Origin: Lachnospiraceae bacterium
Lineage (GTDB): Bacteria > Bacillota > Clostridia > Lachnospirales > Lachnospiraceae
Direction of reading: 5' to 3'
Assembly (NCBI GenBank): GCA_017445585.1
Contig: JAFSTX010000065.1
Span: 48,128-112,127, forward strand
DNA length: 64,000 nucleotides
In this document: piece by piece, positions 47,043 to 56,562 of the stretch
How the letters are laid out: each line of letters begins with the position of its first letter
How positions within the stretch are numbered: the first letter of the stretch is position 1
Made by a program: the position numbers and the translations under genes
The notes under the pieces: model-generated
What the model was told of the DNA's origin: nothing
The model's database searches: none
What the model saw: the letters and a program-made list of their open reading frames with translations, nothing else

Positions 47043-49049
47043 TCAGTCCGAGTTAAAGACAGCTATAAGTCTGATCTCGCCGTCGTTGACAAATGTTCCG
47101 TTAGAAACTACAGATGCTATCTCTCCGGGCAGCACCTTTCCCGAGGAATCTGTGATCTTTTCTCCGAGTACCGGCAGTCCCGCCGCATCCTCTCCCAGGC
47201 ATATATAGTATCCGTCAAAACTGCCCCGGTATCTGGCCGGGACCGGTACGGCGACCGTAGTATGATCACTTATATCACACGAGACGAATAAGCTGTTTTC
47301 ACCGTACTCGCTCCACAATACCCTTGTATCATCTGCTCTGATCCACGAGGCATATAAGCTGATACTGCTTTTATCCGAATCACTGATCCTGATCTTCTCT
47401 CCTCCTGTATAGGATGCAGGCCCTTCTGTACTCGTGCTCCATCCCGAAAAAGCAAAGCCTGTGCGTTTTGGTTCGCTGCCATGTGACAGAGTCTGTACCG
47501 TATGCGTCTCCCCAAAGACAAGCTCACTGGACAGGATATGATCATTCCCGGGCCAGCTGCCGCCGTTCACATCATAGCTTACAGTCACTTTAAGCGGATC
47601 ATAGCTGATGGCAAATGTCCCGCACAGGACCTGATTGGACGAACCTGACGACGTCTTCTGCTTTGAGCAGAAGGTCAGCACTATATAGTCATCACCTTTT
47701 GCAGTTACAACAGCTGTAAAATCCAGAAACGGATCCCTGCCAAAATCCCTGTATACGGCTTTTCTGACTTCAATGCAGCTGACTTGAAGCACCGAGCTTA
47801 TAGACAAAATGAAATCTCTCATATACTCGGAGCTGTAGTCAGTGATATCTGCTGTAGACATGTCTATTCCGTAATCTGCGTTGTACGTCGATCTATAGAC
47901 ATTCTGTTTGGTACCGTTATATGTCCCGGTCACGTAGTCTTCAGCCGCTTGTCCGTCATGCTCTACCAGCGAATCATAGAAATCCTCCTGACCGGGAGCC
48001 GAACCTGCCACAGACTGAACATAGCTTCTCAGAGCACCTCTCTTTGTATTTACACCCTTTGCGGTAAAATCCACATAATCACCTATCCTCGCCGTCCCGA
48101 TCCATACACCCGCGTCCGCCGTAATCGCATTCTGAGATGTGCTGAGCGCGTAGGCATCAGTGCTTCCAAACAGGCTCTCTGCTATCACCGACAGTATCCC
48201 TCTGTCATTTTCTCTGCTGCAGATCCGTAAATCAAAAACATTTGCCGGAGAGAGTGCGATTCTAAGCATACCCTGTTCAAAAGTATACAGATCCGGACTC
48301 AGCGCCACTCCGGAACCGTTGACATAAATTGCCGGATCACCTGAAAAAAGCGCTGTCAGATCGATATCCTGAGACCTTGCATTAATTATGATCTCAGGAT
48401 CATATACGGACTGATTGTGTATCAGCTCGGCTTCGTCTTCTGCCTCGATATGGATATCTATCTCTGTCCGGTCAGACCTGTACGCCCTCAGCAGCTGCAG
48501 CTGGACATAGTCTGTCAGTATCTCATCTCCATCATGCGAGTAAAGATCGGTTTTTTTTACATATACCACGCCGGAATCCCTGTCAAAGATCTCGTCATCA
48601 AGCAATATTCCCTCATAATTGTTCTCTGCAAATGCAGCGTCAGATACTCCTCCCGGCGATGAGATATCTATCAGCCCCACAACATACTCCGAGTATTCTC
48701 CTGGATCAAACAGGGGTATCGAAGTCTCGGCAGTCAGTATATATCCATCCGGAAATCCGGTGCTGCGCACATGGTCATAGTATCCGTCAAGTGTGCCGCC
48801 GGTCTTTCTGACAACACTCTCGCGGACATATGTGTCTTTGAGAGTGAGACTCGCAACTTCTGTCAGTGTTTCAGGCGAAAGTTCACTGATTCCTATGATA
48901 TCCCTGTCAATCCTTGAGGAGAGTGTCTCCTGCATCTCACGTGAAACTGAATATACTTCCCCCGATCCGGACGCAACCGCATACGCGGAAAGGATAAGCA
49001 AAGCAAAGGTTAGAACTGCCGCTGCAATCCTCAAACTGTTTTTAATCAT
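47043..49049 (-). CDS. Secreted large protein with a Listeria-Bacteroides (InlB B-repeat/Flg_new-type) repeat region
   Basis: Start at MIKNSLRIAAAVLTFALLILSAYAVA-SG (Sec signal). Contains VTVSYDVNGGSW...RTGFAFSGWSTSTEG...YTGGEKI and a second ...FDGYY... unit. No LPXTG and no prepilin motif. Confidence 0.65.
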   Translation of the reverse strand: MIKNSLRIAAAVLTFALLILSAYAVASGSGEVYSVSREMQETLSSRIDRDIIGISELSPETLTEVASLTLKDTYVRESVVRKTGGTLDGYYDHVRSTGFPDGYILTAETSIPLFDPGEYSEYVVGLIDISSPGGVSDAAFAENNYEGILLDDEIFDRDSGVVYVKKTDLYSHDGDEILTDYVQLQLLRAYRSDRTEIDIHIEAEDEAELIHNQSVYDPEIIINARSQDIDLTALFSGDPAIYVNGSGVALSPDLYTFEQGMLRIALSPANVFDLRICSRENDRGILSVIAESLFGSTDAYALSTSQNAITADAGVWIGTARIGDYVDFTAKGVNTKRGALRSYVQSVAGSAPGQEDFYDSLVEHDGQAAEDYVTGTYNGTKQNVYRSTYNADYGIDMSTADITDYSSEYMRDFILSISSVLQVSCIEVRKAVYRDFGRDPFLDFTAVVTAKGDDYIVLTFCSKQKTSSGSSNQVLCGTFAISYDPLKVTVSYDVNGGSWPGNDHILSSELVFGETHTVQTLSHGSEPKRTGFAFSGWSTSTEGPASYTGGEKIRISDSDKSSISLYASWIRADDTRVLWSEYGENSLFVSCDISDHTTVAVPVPARYRGSFDGYYICLGEDAAGLPVLGEKITDSSGKVLPGEIASVVSNGTFVNDGEIRLIAVFNSD

Positions 49050-52020
49050 AAAACCACCCCCATCCTGAATAGAATGTGATCCGCTGTCTCTGTTTTTCAA
49101 AACATACCTCTACCGGTCCGTAACTGCCGTATTCTGATCTGTATACCCCGTCATACACGTATGCCCTCAGAGTATATGTCCGCACACCGATATATTCATC
49201 AGGCCCTATTGAAAAAATATCCACAAGCCAGGATCCGTCGCTCTTTTCGGTATCACTGTCCAAAGTGCGGTCCACCGAGCGTACGATACAGTCATCACAG
49301 CCTTCCTCATGGCAGCTGATCTCATAATGGATACTGATGCTTCCGTCATCCGGATACATTTCGGCTGCGAGTACCGGCAGCAGTGCGGTATCATAGTGAT
49401 AGCTGTATCTTCCTCCGCCGGGGAGGGACACCTCCGGTGGAAGAAGACCTGATGCACTGCATACGAGATCCAGATCCTCAAGCCCCGCAGTGATCACGGA
49501 CAGCTCTGTGTCCGGATGTTCGATTTCTTCAGGCAGACCTGTTATCCTGGTTCCGCAGTATCCCGGTCTGCGGAGGATCTTGAGATACTCCAGCCGGATT
49601 TCCTCCCCGTACTCAAAAGTCTTACGTATGGTGCCGCTGTCCGTATCCCATTCATCCGCTCCGAGGGACTCTATACCTCTGCCCGGAGCGATACTTACTG
49701 TGCATACCGGCAGGGTATCCTGCCAGTCACCATAGTGATGCCCAAGTTCCGTCATATCCGGATACGGGTAACGCTTACCCTTCAATCCTTCTGAGACCGG
49801 ATATGTCTCGGATGCGTCGAGCAGGAGGCCTTCATACAGCTCTTTCAATCCTCTTAAGGATGATCTGATACCGCGGCTGTCTGTCTGAACATCTTTATTC
49901 GAATAAACCTCATCGAAGAAGCAGTCTGCAAATATGGAGTTTATCGCCTCATCACTGTCCGCAGCTTCAACTGTTCCGATGATCCCGCCGGCGAATACCC
50001 TGTCCCCTCCGACTATGACAGGAGCAGTATGATAGCTCATCTCATCAAGCTCGATATGAATGCTTTCTCCTACGACACATCCTATGAATCCCCCTATACG
50101 GATCTCTCCGCAATCATCTGTCATGACAGCCTTTAGTGACTGAACAGAATATGACGATCCAACGCATACTTCCGTATCCAACCCATCATCTCCGCACATT
50201 CCGGCAAAGCCTCCCATGCAGATCGCAGCACATCCCGAGCCTTTCGTATCCAAATTGCCAAATTCATGATCATACATCCCGCCGGGCGCATACCCTCCGC
50301 AGTAGCTTCGCCGTATATCCAGATACTCACCTGCCTTTCCAATAAATCCTCCGATGCACACATTATCCGGCAAACTGCTTTTCCCCGAGATTCTCATCGT
50401 GGAGTAGCATTCCGATATCTTCATCATCCCGGCACTGCCTGCAAAAGCACCTGCGCAAACCGTATCGGGCTGAAGGTACAGCAGCGGAGTCGACAGCGCC
50501 AGACCCGATCCCACGATGCCCAGCGATGTGATCTCCAGATCCTCTGCCCTCCCGAATAACCCTTGGCACGACATGAATCCGCCGCCTATGCACAGGTCAT
50601 ATATCTTCCTTCCGCATCCGGCAAGGTTCACCTTGCATACGCAGTCTATCGGCACAAATGCGTCTTTTCCGCTGCCGTCCTGCATACAGATACCGTAAAG
50701 AAGATCACAGTAGTCTCGCGTCACCTGATCGTTCTCAGGATACCTGCCGGAGTACGAAAGGTCTTCTCCGAGTATTACCCGAAGAGTCTTCCCTCCGGAA
50801 TAAACTCCCGGATCAAATCCGCTGACAGCTCCGGAGATGTTCTGAAGATGCCTTATTGCGGTGACCTCCAGCGTCCCGTTTACGGCGCGTTCAAACAGAG
50901 AGTTCACAGTTACCTGGCTGCAGACCGGAAGAGCCAGATAATCACCGGCCGGCGATACCGTAACGCTGATACAGAGATCTTCCCCGGGGATAAAACCGTC
51001 CCCCATGATCTCAGAGATATGACAACCTTCTGTTTCCGGTTCGTTTCCGCTGTTTCCCAGGAAAACAAGTGAATCCAATACTATTCCGGTCTCAAATATC
51101 CCGTCCTCGTCAAATCGTGCGTATTCTATCTCTAAAGGAGTCCCGTCAGAGGTCAGTGCGCAAAGGCCAATCCTTCTGTCAGTATCTCCGCTTTTCAGCA
51201 TGCAGCTATTCTTGTCTATAGAAAATTCCCTGCTGCATCCACTCTGTACTCCGACGATCTTAAACGATAAATCCGTACCTGCTGTATTCGGATCATAGAT
51301 TTCCAGCATCAGATCCTCTCCGTTTGATACAGACACGACCGGAGCATCAAGGCTGATACTCTTTACATCTGAAACAATCCCTCCTCCGTAGTATCCCAGG
51401 ATCACCTGCTGATCTCCGCTGACATATGTCTGTCTGTAATGCCTGGCGTCCTTTTCGCTGATGTCTCCGTTACGGCGACCGCCCCGATTCAGGTATGCGG
51501 CCACATGAGCATAATCCAGAGGCGCATCCGTATCAGCGTATATCACTCCGTACACGGCCATTGCCTCTGCATTATATTCGATAAAGAATCTGTCGTCCCC
51601 ACTGCGGCTTACAAGCACGCTGCTGCCGTCCAAAAGTGTGCCGTCTACGAAAGCAGAATCCTCTTCATCCATACTGTCCAGAAACCGGCAGTTGCCTGTA
51701 TCGCCGAAAGTGTATTCTATAAGAGCTGCTCTGTCGTATCCTGAAACATCAGACCAGTAGTCAAAATCAGACGGTGTCTCATCCATAGTATGCCCGTATC
51801 TTTCCATGCTTTCTCCGGAATGGTTCAGACGTAACTCTCCGATTCGATTCTGTGCCGTGATATAGATATTCCTGGCAGTCTCATCCGCTTCACGCGTACG
51901 GCTCTCAAGCCTGATACTGCGAAGTGAGACCGCGGCAAGAACCGACAGAATCGTGATCACAGATACCGTTATCAGCATTTCCGCAACAGTGAATGCCCGC
52001 CTGTATACAGACGTTCTCAT
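49042..52020 (-). CDS. Giant (992 aa) prepilin-like protein with GLUG-like repeats, a putative pilus-associated adhesin
   Basis: N-terminus MRTSVYRRA-FTVAEMLITVSVITILSVLAAV is a class III signal (F+1, E+5) but has Ala at -1. Recurring GGF[IA]G / GGIIG units (IGGFIGKAGE, MGGFAGMCGD, IGGFIGCVVGE, AGGIIGTVEA). ATGA overlap with the pilO-like gene. Confidence 0.7.
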   Translation of the reverse strand: MRTSVYRRAFTVAEMLITVSVITILSVLAAVSLRSIRLESRTREADETARNIYITAQNRIGELRLNHSGESMERYGHTMDETPSDFDYWSDVSGYDRAALIEYTFGDTGNCRFLDSMDEEDSAFVDGTLLDGSSVLVSRSGDDRFFIEYNAEAMAVYGVIYADTDAPLDYAHVAAYLNRGGRRNGDISEKDARHYRQTYVSGDQQVILGYYGGGIVSDVKSISLDAPVVSVSNGEDLMLEIYDPNTAGTDLSFKIVGVQSGCSREFSIDKNSCMLKSGDTDRRIGLCALTSDGTPLEIEYARFDEDGIFETGIVLDSLVFLGNSGNEPETEGCHISEIMGDGFIPGEDLCISVTVSPAGDYLALPVCSQVTVNSLFERAVNGTLEVTAIRHLQNISGAVSGFDPGVYSGGKTLRVILGEDLSYSGRYPENDQVTRDYCDLLYGICMQDGSGKDAFVPIDCVCKVNLAGCGRKIYDLCIGGGFMSCQGLFGRAEDLEITSLGIVGSGLALSTPLLYLQPDTVCAGAFAGSAGMMKISECYSTMRISGKSSLPDNVCIGGFIGKAGEYLDIRRSYCGGYAPGGMYDHEFGNLDTKGSGCAAICMGGFAGMCGDDGLDTEVCVGSSYSVQSLKAVMTDDCGEIRIGGFIGCVVGESIHIELDEMSYHTAPVIVGGDRVFAGGIIGTVEAADSDEAINSIFADCFFDEVYSNKDVQTDSRGIRSSLRGLKELYEGLLLDASETYPVSEGLKGKRYPYPDMTELGHHYGDWQDTLPVCTVSIAPGRGIESLGADEWDTDSGTIRKTFEYGEEIRLEYLKILRRPGYCGTRITGLPEEIEHPDTELSVITAGLEDLDLVCSASGLLPPEVSLPGGGRYSYHYDTALLPVLAAEMYPDDGSISIHYEISCHEEGCDDCIVRSVDRTLDSDTEKSDGSWLVDIFSIGPDEYIGVRTYTLRAYVYDGVYRSEYGSYGPVEVCFEKQRQRITFYSGWGWFYD

Positions 52021-52637
52021 ATCCGCACCTCCTTTCCTTTGCCTGCAGTTCCGACAGCCCCAGTATAACTATCGGCATACTCAATAAAAAACAAAGATAA
52101 AGTCACAGATACACAGCATTTCCCGGAGATACTCCGATCTGTCAGGTCTGCCTGTGGTTCGGGATCCACCGCATTGACCGCGATAGATCTGAATACCGTC
52201 CTGCACGGAGATCCGATGATAAGTCCCATTATCTTTCTCGCTTCGGTATAGTTTTCCGCCTTGAAATCTATACTGACTCCGCGCCTTATATATGCGCCGT
52301 CCGGTCCTGACGGTTCATCAAATGCGATATCGTATGTGATAGCCTGTTCCATTACAGACGACAAATAGGCCAGTTCCTCCTCGGCGCTGTCATATCTGAA
52401 CACCTTTTTTCCGAGTGACATGCCTTCCGCTATCTCACTTTTCATCTGTGCCAGTCTGGCTGCGCGCAGTTCCTCGGCAGATCTGTCCTGTTCTATCTGC
52501 GTCAGCTCTGCCTCAAGTCCAGCCTTCTGACCGTCTATATATGAGTCAAGCATACTAAAGCAGGTTATGCCCGCTAAAACGACGAACAGAAACGAGACTG
52601 CGGATATAACGATCAGTTTTTTCTTTCTTTCCTTCAT
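52017..52637 (-). CDS. PilO-like pilus assembly protein (bitopic, coiled coil)
   Basis: 206 aa with an N-terminal TM, then a coiled coil (LEAELTQIEQDRSAEELRAARLAQMKSE). Assignment rests mainly on position after the pilM/pilN-like genes. Confidence 0.45.
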   Translation of the reverse strand: MKERKKKLIVISAVSFLFVVLAGITCFSMLDSYIDGQKAGLEAELTQIEQDRSAEELRAARLAQMKSEIAEGMSLGKKVFRYDSAEEELAYLSSVMEQAITYDIAFDEPSGPDGAYIRRGVSIDFKAENYTEARKIMGLIIGSPCRTVFRSIAVNAVDPEPQADLTDRSISGKCCVSVTLSLFFIEYADSYTGAVGTAGKGKEVRI

Positions 52638-52646
52638 TCGGTCATC

Positions 52647-53222
52647 TCACTCCCTGTCTGCAAAACAGACTTTAAGTTCAATCGTCGGAACACGGACCGG
52701 TTCTCTTCCTGCGCCGTTACTGTATACAGCCATATTACTTGCTGTCCTGGTCGCCGCATATGATATAAGCTCATCAGCGGTCAGAAGCCCGATCATATCC
52801 GAAGCTCCCCAAAGCGATACATCAAATACAGTAGCCGAAAGATCATTGCCTGAAAGACGATATTTCATGACAGCACCGTTGGAAATGATGTATTCGTCGA
52901 TCTTGTCCAGCACTATGTCTCTGTCAGCAAGCATGCGCTCATCGTCCGTCAGATAGCCTGTCCCGTACTCGGTATACATAGCTGCGACATCACCGAAATC
53001 TGCATTAGCCTCCCGCAGGGCCTCCAGTTCTCTCAGTGAGGATTCTCTGTGAGATCTGAGCCCGGAGAGTGAATTATACGCAGGGATCATCAGGAAATAG
53101 ACTGCAGTAAGTACTGCAGCCAGAAGCGCCAGAAAAGACAGAATGATTGCTATCTCTGCGCGAAAGGAGCTGTTTTTCCTGACAAGATTGATCGAATGCG
53201 CGGTATGTACTTCTCTCTTCAT
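52647..53222 (-). CDS. PilN-like pilus assembly protein (bitopic)
   Basis: 191 aa. Short cytoplasmic N-terminus (INLVRK...), a TM, then a coiled coil. ATGA overlap with pilM-like. Positional/topological call. Confidence 0.45.
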   Translation of the reverse strand: MKREVHTAHSINLVRKNSSFRAEIAIILSFLALLAAVLTAVYFLMIPAYNSLSGLRSHRESSLRELEALREANADFGDVAAMYTEYGTGYLTDDERMLADRDIVLDKIDEYIISNGAVMKYRLSGNDLSATVFDVSLWGASDMIGLLTADELISYAATRTASNMAVYSNGAGREPVRVPTIELKVCFADRE

Positions 53223-54079
53223 ATCGCTGCGCCATCCGCCGAGACCACACCTATCGCAGAGAAAAGCAGCGATGCGTCATCACTGTCTATGGCGCACCCG
53301 AGCAGATTCCTGACGGAATAAATACTTCTGCCCAATTCCTTCTTAAGCGATCTGAGCGTGCTCTTTACGGTAGCTCCTTCCCCGTATACATAGACGCCGG
53401 AGCTGTCGCTGTCGGCGATATTGTTCTCATCGTAATAATCCAGAGTGCCCTTGATCTTTCCTATCTGATCCTCCACGCTTCCCGCATCCGAATTGATCTC
53501 ATGCTGTGCTATGCACTCACTTCCGCTGTAGACACGTATCAGTGTCCTCCTGGGATTCAGATCTACAAAGATCGGATTCTCCTTTGACAGTCCAGAGTTC
53601 CTGACTATATTGCCTATAGCCACGCATTCCGGTATCAGATAGTCCAGTCGGAGATTGTTCCTGACAAAGGCAGCCTGATAATCCGTGACCAGTGAACGCC
53701 TGGTGATTACACATAGATATTCGTTATCGCTTCCCGTGACTTGCTGACAGTCGAATACATAGTCCTCATCGTCGTTCATACGCATTTCTTCACCCAGACT
53801 TTCCATCAGCTTGCGGAAGATCCTGTCACGATCACCCAGGTCGTCCCTGACTGTCCTGAATATGCACTGCTCATCTGATATGATCGTCCCGGCAGAACAG
53901 TTCCTGACGCCCTCTTCCCGGAGCATCGCGCCTACCTTTCGCATATTTGAATCACACAGCCCGCTTCCGGGCTCGATAGCTATGGTCATCGTCTTCCTGA
54001 TCTCATTTCCCGCAAGGACGGATACATATATTTCCTCTTCACCGGGCTTTACAATGACTGTTTTTCTCATAATTGCCAA
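53219..54079 (-). CDS. PilM-like (actin-fold) pilus assembly protein, divergent
   Basis: 286 aa, cytoplasmic, no TM, located between pilD and the pilN-like gene. Sequence motifs are weak, so the call is by synteny. Confidence 0.45.
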   Translation of the reverse strand: MAIMRKTVIVKPGEEEIYVSVLAGNEIRKTMTIAIEPGSGLCDSNMRKVGAMLREEGVRNCSAGTIISDEQCIFRTVRDDLGDRDRIFRKLMESLGEEMRMNDDEDYVFDCQQVTGSDNEYLCVITRRSLVTDYQAAFVRNNLRLDYLIPECVAIGNIVRNSGLSKENPIFVDLNPRRTLIRVYSGSECIAQHEINSDAGSVEDQIGKIKGTLDYYDENNIADSDSSGVYVYGEGATVKSTLRSLKKELGRSIYSVRNLLGCAIDSDDASLLFSAIGVVSADGAAI

Positions 54080-54876
54080 ACCTCCATATTAAATATGCCT
54101 AGATAAATACTGATAAGCGTCGGCCCGAACACAGAACATACAAATGTAGACAGGCAGATAGACGGCACGAAAGCGAAACTCCTGTCTGTCGCATCCCGCC
54201 TGAATGCCGCATACAGCAGTCCGAACAGACACATAAGAACGATGTTAAGCAGGCTGCCTGCAAGCCCCAGAAACAGTCCCGTGGAGAACAGAAGCTTTAC
54301 GTCAGCTCCTCCGAGGCAGTCCTTTTTGAGTATCATTTTCAGGGCAATAGCCGCTGCAAGTATGAGTGCAGGTATCAGCAGCCCGCCCAAAGCCGCGTTT
54401 ATCAGGTATTTTGACGTATCCTTCTCAAAAGGTATCATCGCCGTCCAGATCAGGGCCATTAGTACAAAGAAAATGTTAGGCACGGTCCTGGTATCCAGAT
54501 CGGTCAGCGACGCCGGAATAAGAAGCGAGAGCATCACCAGAGCCTTTGCCAGCTGAAGTCCGTATCCCAGATACAGATAACACAGCAGAAATGACGCAGC
54601 CGTAAATAGTTCTGTCATAAAATGTCTGACAGGAATACGCTCTTTGCAGTATCTGCACCTTCCGCGCAGTATCAGATAACTCGCTATCGGCAGCAGATCT
54701 GCGGCCGACAGCAAATGCATGCAGTGGTCACACACACTCCTTTTTCCCGACAAAGCTGTATCGGCATTGACATATCTCCATGCGCAGCAGTCCAGAAAGG
54801 ACCCCATGACAGCACCTGAGATAAAGAATAAAAATGCGGAAAAAATCTTAAATCCCAAAAGATCGGTAATCTCCAT
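54067..54876 (-). CDS. pilD: Prepilin peptidase (A24 family, PilD)
   Basis: Start at MEITDLLGF. Has the N-terminal Cys pairs CDHC...CRYC, catalytic-Asp contexts LTDLDTR and GGADVKL, and is polytopic. Confidence 0.88.
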   Translation of the reverse strand: MEITDLLGFKIFSAFLFFISGAVMGSFLDCCAWRYVNADTALSGKRSVCDHCMHLLSAADLLPIASYLILRGRCRYCKERIPVRHFMTELFTAASFLLCYLYLGYGLQLAKALVMLSLLIPASLTDLDTRTVPNIFFVLMALIWTAMIPFEKDTSKYLINAALGGLLIPALILAAAIALKMILKKDCLGGADVKLLFSTGLFLGLAGSLLNIVLMCLFGLLYAAFRRDATDRSFAFVPSICLSTFVCSVFGPTLISIYLGIFNMEVWQL

Positions 54877-54889
54877 CACATCACCTCCG

Positions 54890-54912
54890 GGGAGAGGGAC
54901 CAGCCCTCTCCC
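54890..54912 (-). terminator. GC-rich 9-bp hairpin just after the short pilin gene (attenuator/mRNA stabiliser candidate; no U-tract)
   Basis: GGGAGAGGG-5 nt-CCCTCTCCC. It lies between the pilin stop (54935) and the pilD SD/start (54876). Confidence 0.45.
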
Positions 54913-54934
54913 GTGTATTGCCCTGAAAACCGGA

Positions 54935-55390
54935 TCAACCTTCCCAAACGAGCTGGATCGTTCCGGTATCATTCATGAAGACCTTGATATACTTGCCTGC
55001 CACAGCGCTGGTACCGGAGTAGGTGGCCTGAGCAACGGTCTCCGAAGGATTGACGACCATATAAAAGTCCTCGCATCCGCCGTCTGTAGCCGTACCTCTG
55101 CCGTAACCGACCGGAACGTCAGCTACAAGCATGCCGGAAGCCGCATCAAAATAGCACGTGGTGCCGGTTGAGGTCAGTGTCTGGTTCTCGAGATCTTCAC
55201 CAGACAGATACATGGCTACTGCAGCGGCCTTTGCCGAGCGCATGTTTGCTATGTCCGTTTCTTCTCGCGCATTCTCAAGTCTCGACCCGAATACCGGGAT
55301 CGCAATGACAGCGAGCACGGCGATGATTGCGACTACGATCAGAAGTTCGGCCAGTGTAAATCCATTCTCTTTTCTTTCTTTTCTTTTCAT
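54935..55390 (-). CDS. pilA: Type IV pilin (151 aa; likely major subunit)
   Basis: MKRKERKENG-FTLAELLIVVAIIAVLAVIAIPVF is a class III signal with G-1, F+1, E+5. Two C-terminal Cys (CYFDAASG...GGCEDF). AAAGGAGGAAATA SD upstream. Confidence 0.88.
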   Translation of the reverse strand: MKRKERKENGFTLAELLIVVAIIAVLAVIAIPVFGSRLENAREETDIANMRSAKAAAVAMYLSGEDLENQTLTSTGTTCYFDAASGMLVADVPVGYGRGTATDGGCEDFYMVVNPSETVAQATYSGTSAVAGKYIKVFMNDTGTIQLVWEG

Positions 55391-55467
55391 TATTTCCTCC
55401 TTTTATATCCCGGCAAAAGCAAGGATGGTCCCAGGGCCTGACCACGTCTTTGCTCCGCCTGTTTCTT

Positions 55468-56562
55468 CTAAAACAACTCATACATCTGAAATAAAGGAAT
55501 ATAGATAGCAAAAACTATAAAGCCTGCTATAATCGCTACAGCTATGAGCAATGCAGGTTCCATAAGGGACAGAAGCTTTTTGACCTGACTGTCGGCTTCG
55601 TCTGAAAAGTGTCTGGCACACATATCCAGCATGTTAGTCAGATCACCGGTCTCCTCCCCGATAATGATCATCTCCGTCAGAATATCCGGAAATACTTCTT
55701 CTCCTCTCATACTCACGCCCAAACCTCTGCCTGTCAGAACTCCCCTGCAGGATCTTGATACTGCTTCCGAAAAAGACGTATTGGTAATAACGGAAGACGT
55801 TATCTCGAGCGCTCTGGTGATCACTGTTCCTGAGGAGAGAAGCATGGAAAGCGTAGACGCGTACATAGATGAATATCTGTTCCTGAGCAGTCCGCCCAGC
55901 ATGGGCAGAGACAGTCTGGCTTTATCTATCTTCCTTCTCCACTGTATCTTCCTTCCCATGGCGATCCTCACCACGATCACAAGAGCGGCTGCGCCCGCGA
56001 TAAGCAGCGCATTTCTGCCGAAGAATCCCGATACTGCAACGATAGCCTTTGTAATCCCCGGGAGCTCGCTTCCCATTCCGTCAAATATCGCTGTGAGCTT
56101 GGGCATGACATACAGCATTACAACGAGCAGTACTGCAATGGCGATCAGGATGACAAACGAGGGATAAATCAGCGCGTTCCGGATCTGTCTCTTCATTCCG
56201 GATCGCTTTCTGTAGTATTCTGCAAGGCTGTCAAATGCTCTCTTAAGCTCTCCCGAGCTTTCACCCGCCCTGACAGTTTCTATGAAGAACGGCTTGAAAA
56301 GCCCCTCGCCGTTATTTGCGAAAGCAGACGCTACAGTACTTCCGGACCGGAGATCCCTGTATACCGACTCAAGAAGCGGACTAAGCTTGCGGTCGGATGT
56401 CTCCCGCTGTATCATCCCGACGCAATCTGTGATCTGCAGTCCGCTCCCGAGGAGTCCCGCGATCTGTGTACACATAAAACTCATGGAATCATCCTTTATT
56501 GCAGGACTGATATCCTTTTTTAATAAGCTTGTTTTTCTATCAGAAACATTCATATCATTCAA
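55468..56562 (-). CDS. pilC: Type IV pilus platform protein PilC (T2SS F family)
   Basis: Two T2SSF repeats (..R.G..L..A........F...F......GE.SG.L) with three TM segments. Confidence 0.9.
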   Translation of the reverse strand: MNDMNVSDRKTSLLKKDISPAIKDDSMSFMCTQIAGLLGSGLQITDCVGMIQRETSDRKLSPLLESVYRDLRSGSTVASAFANNGEGLFKPFFIETVRAGESSGELKRAFDSLAEYYRKRSGMKRQIRNALIYPSFVILIAIAVLLVVMLYVMPKLTAIFDGMGSELPGITKAIVAVSGFFGRNALLIAGAAALVIVVRIAMGRKIQWRRKIDKARLSLPMLGGLLRNRYSSMYASTLSMLLSSGTVITRALEITSSVITNTSFSEAVSRSCRGVLTGRGLGVSMRGEEVFPDILTEMIIIGEETGDLTNMLDMCARHFSDEADSQVKKLLSLMEPALLIAVAIIAGFIVFAIYIPLFQMYELF

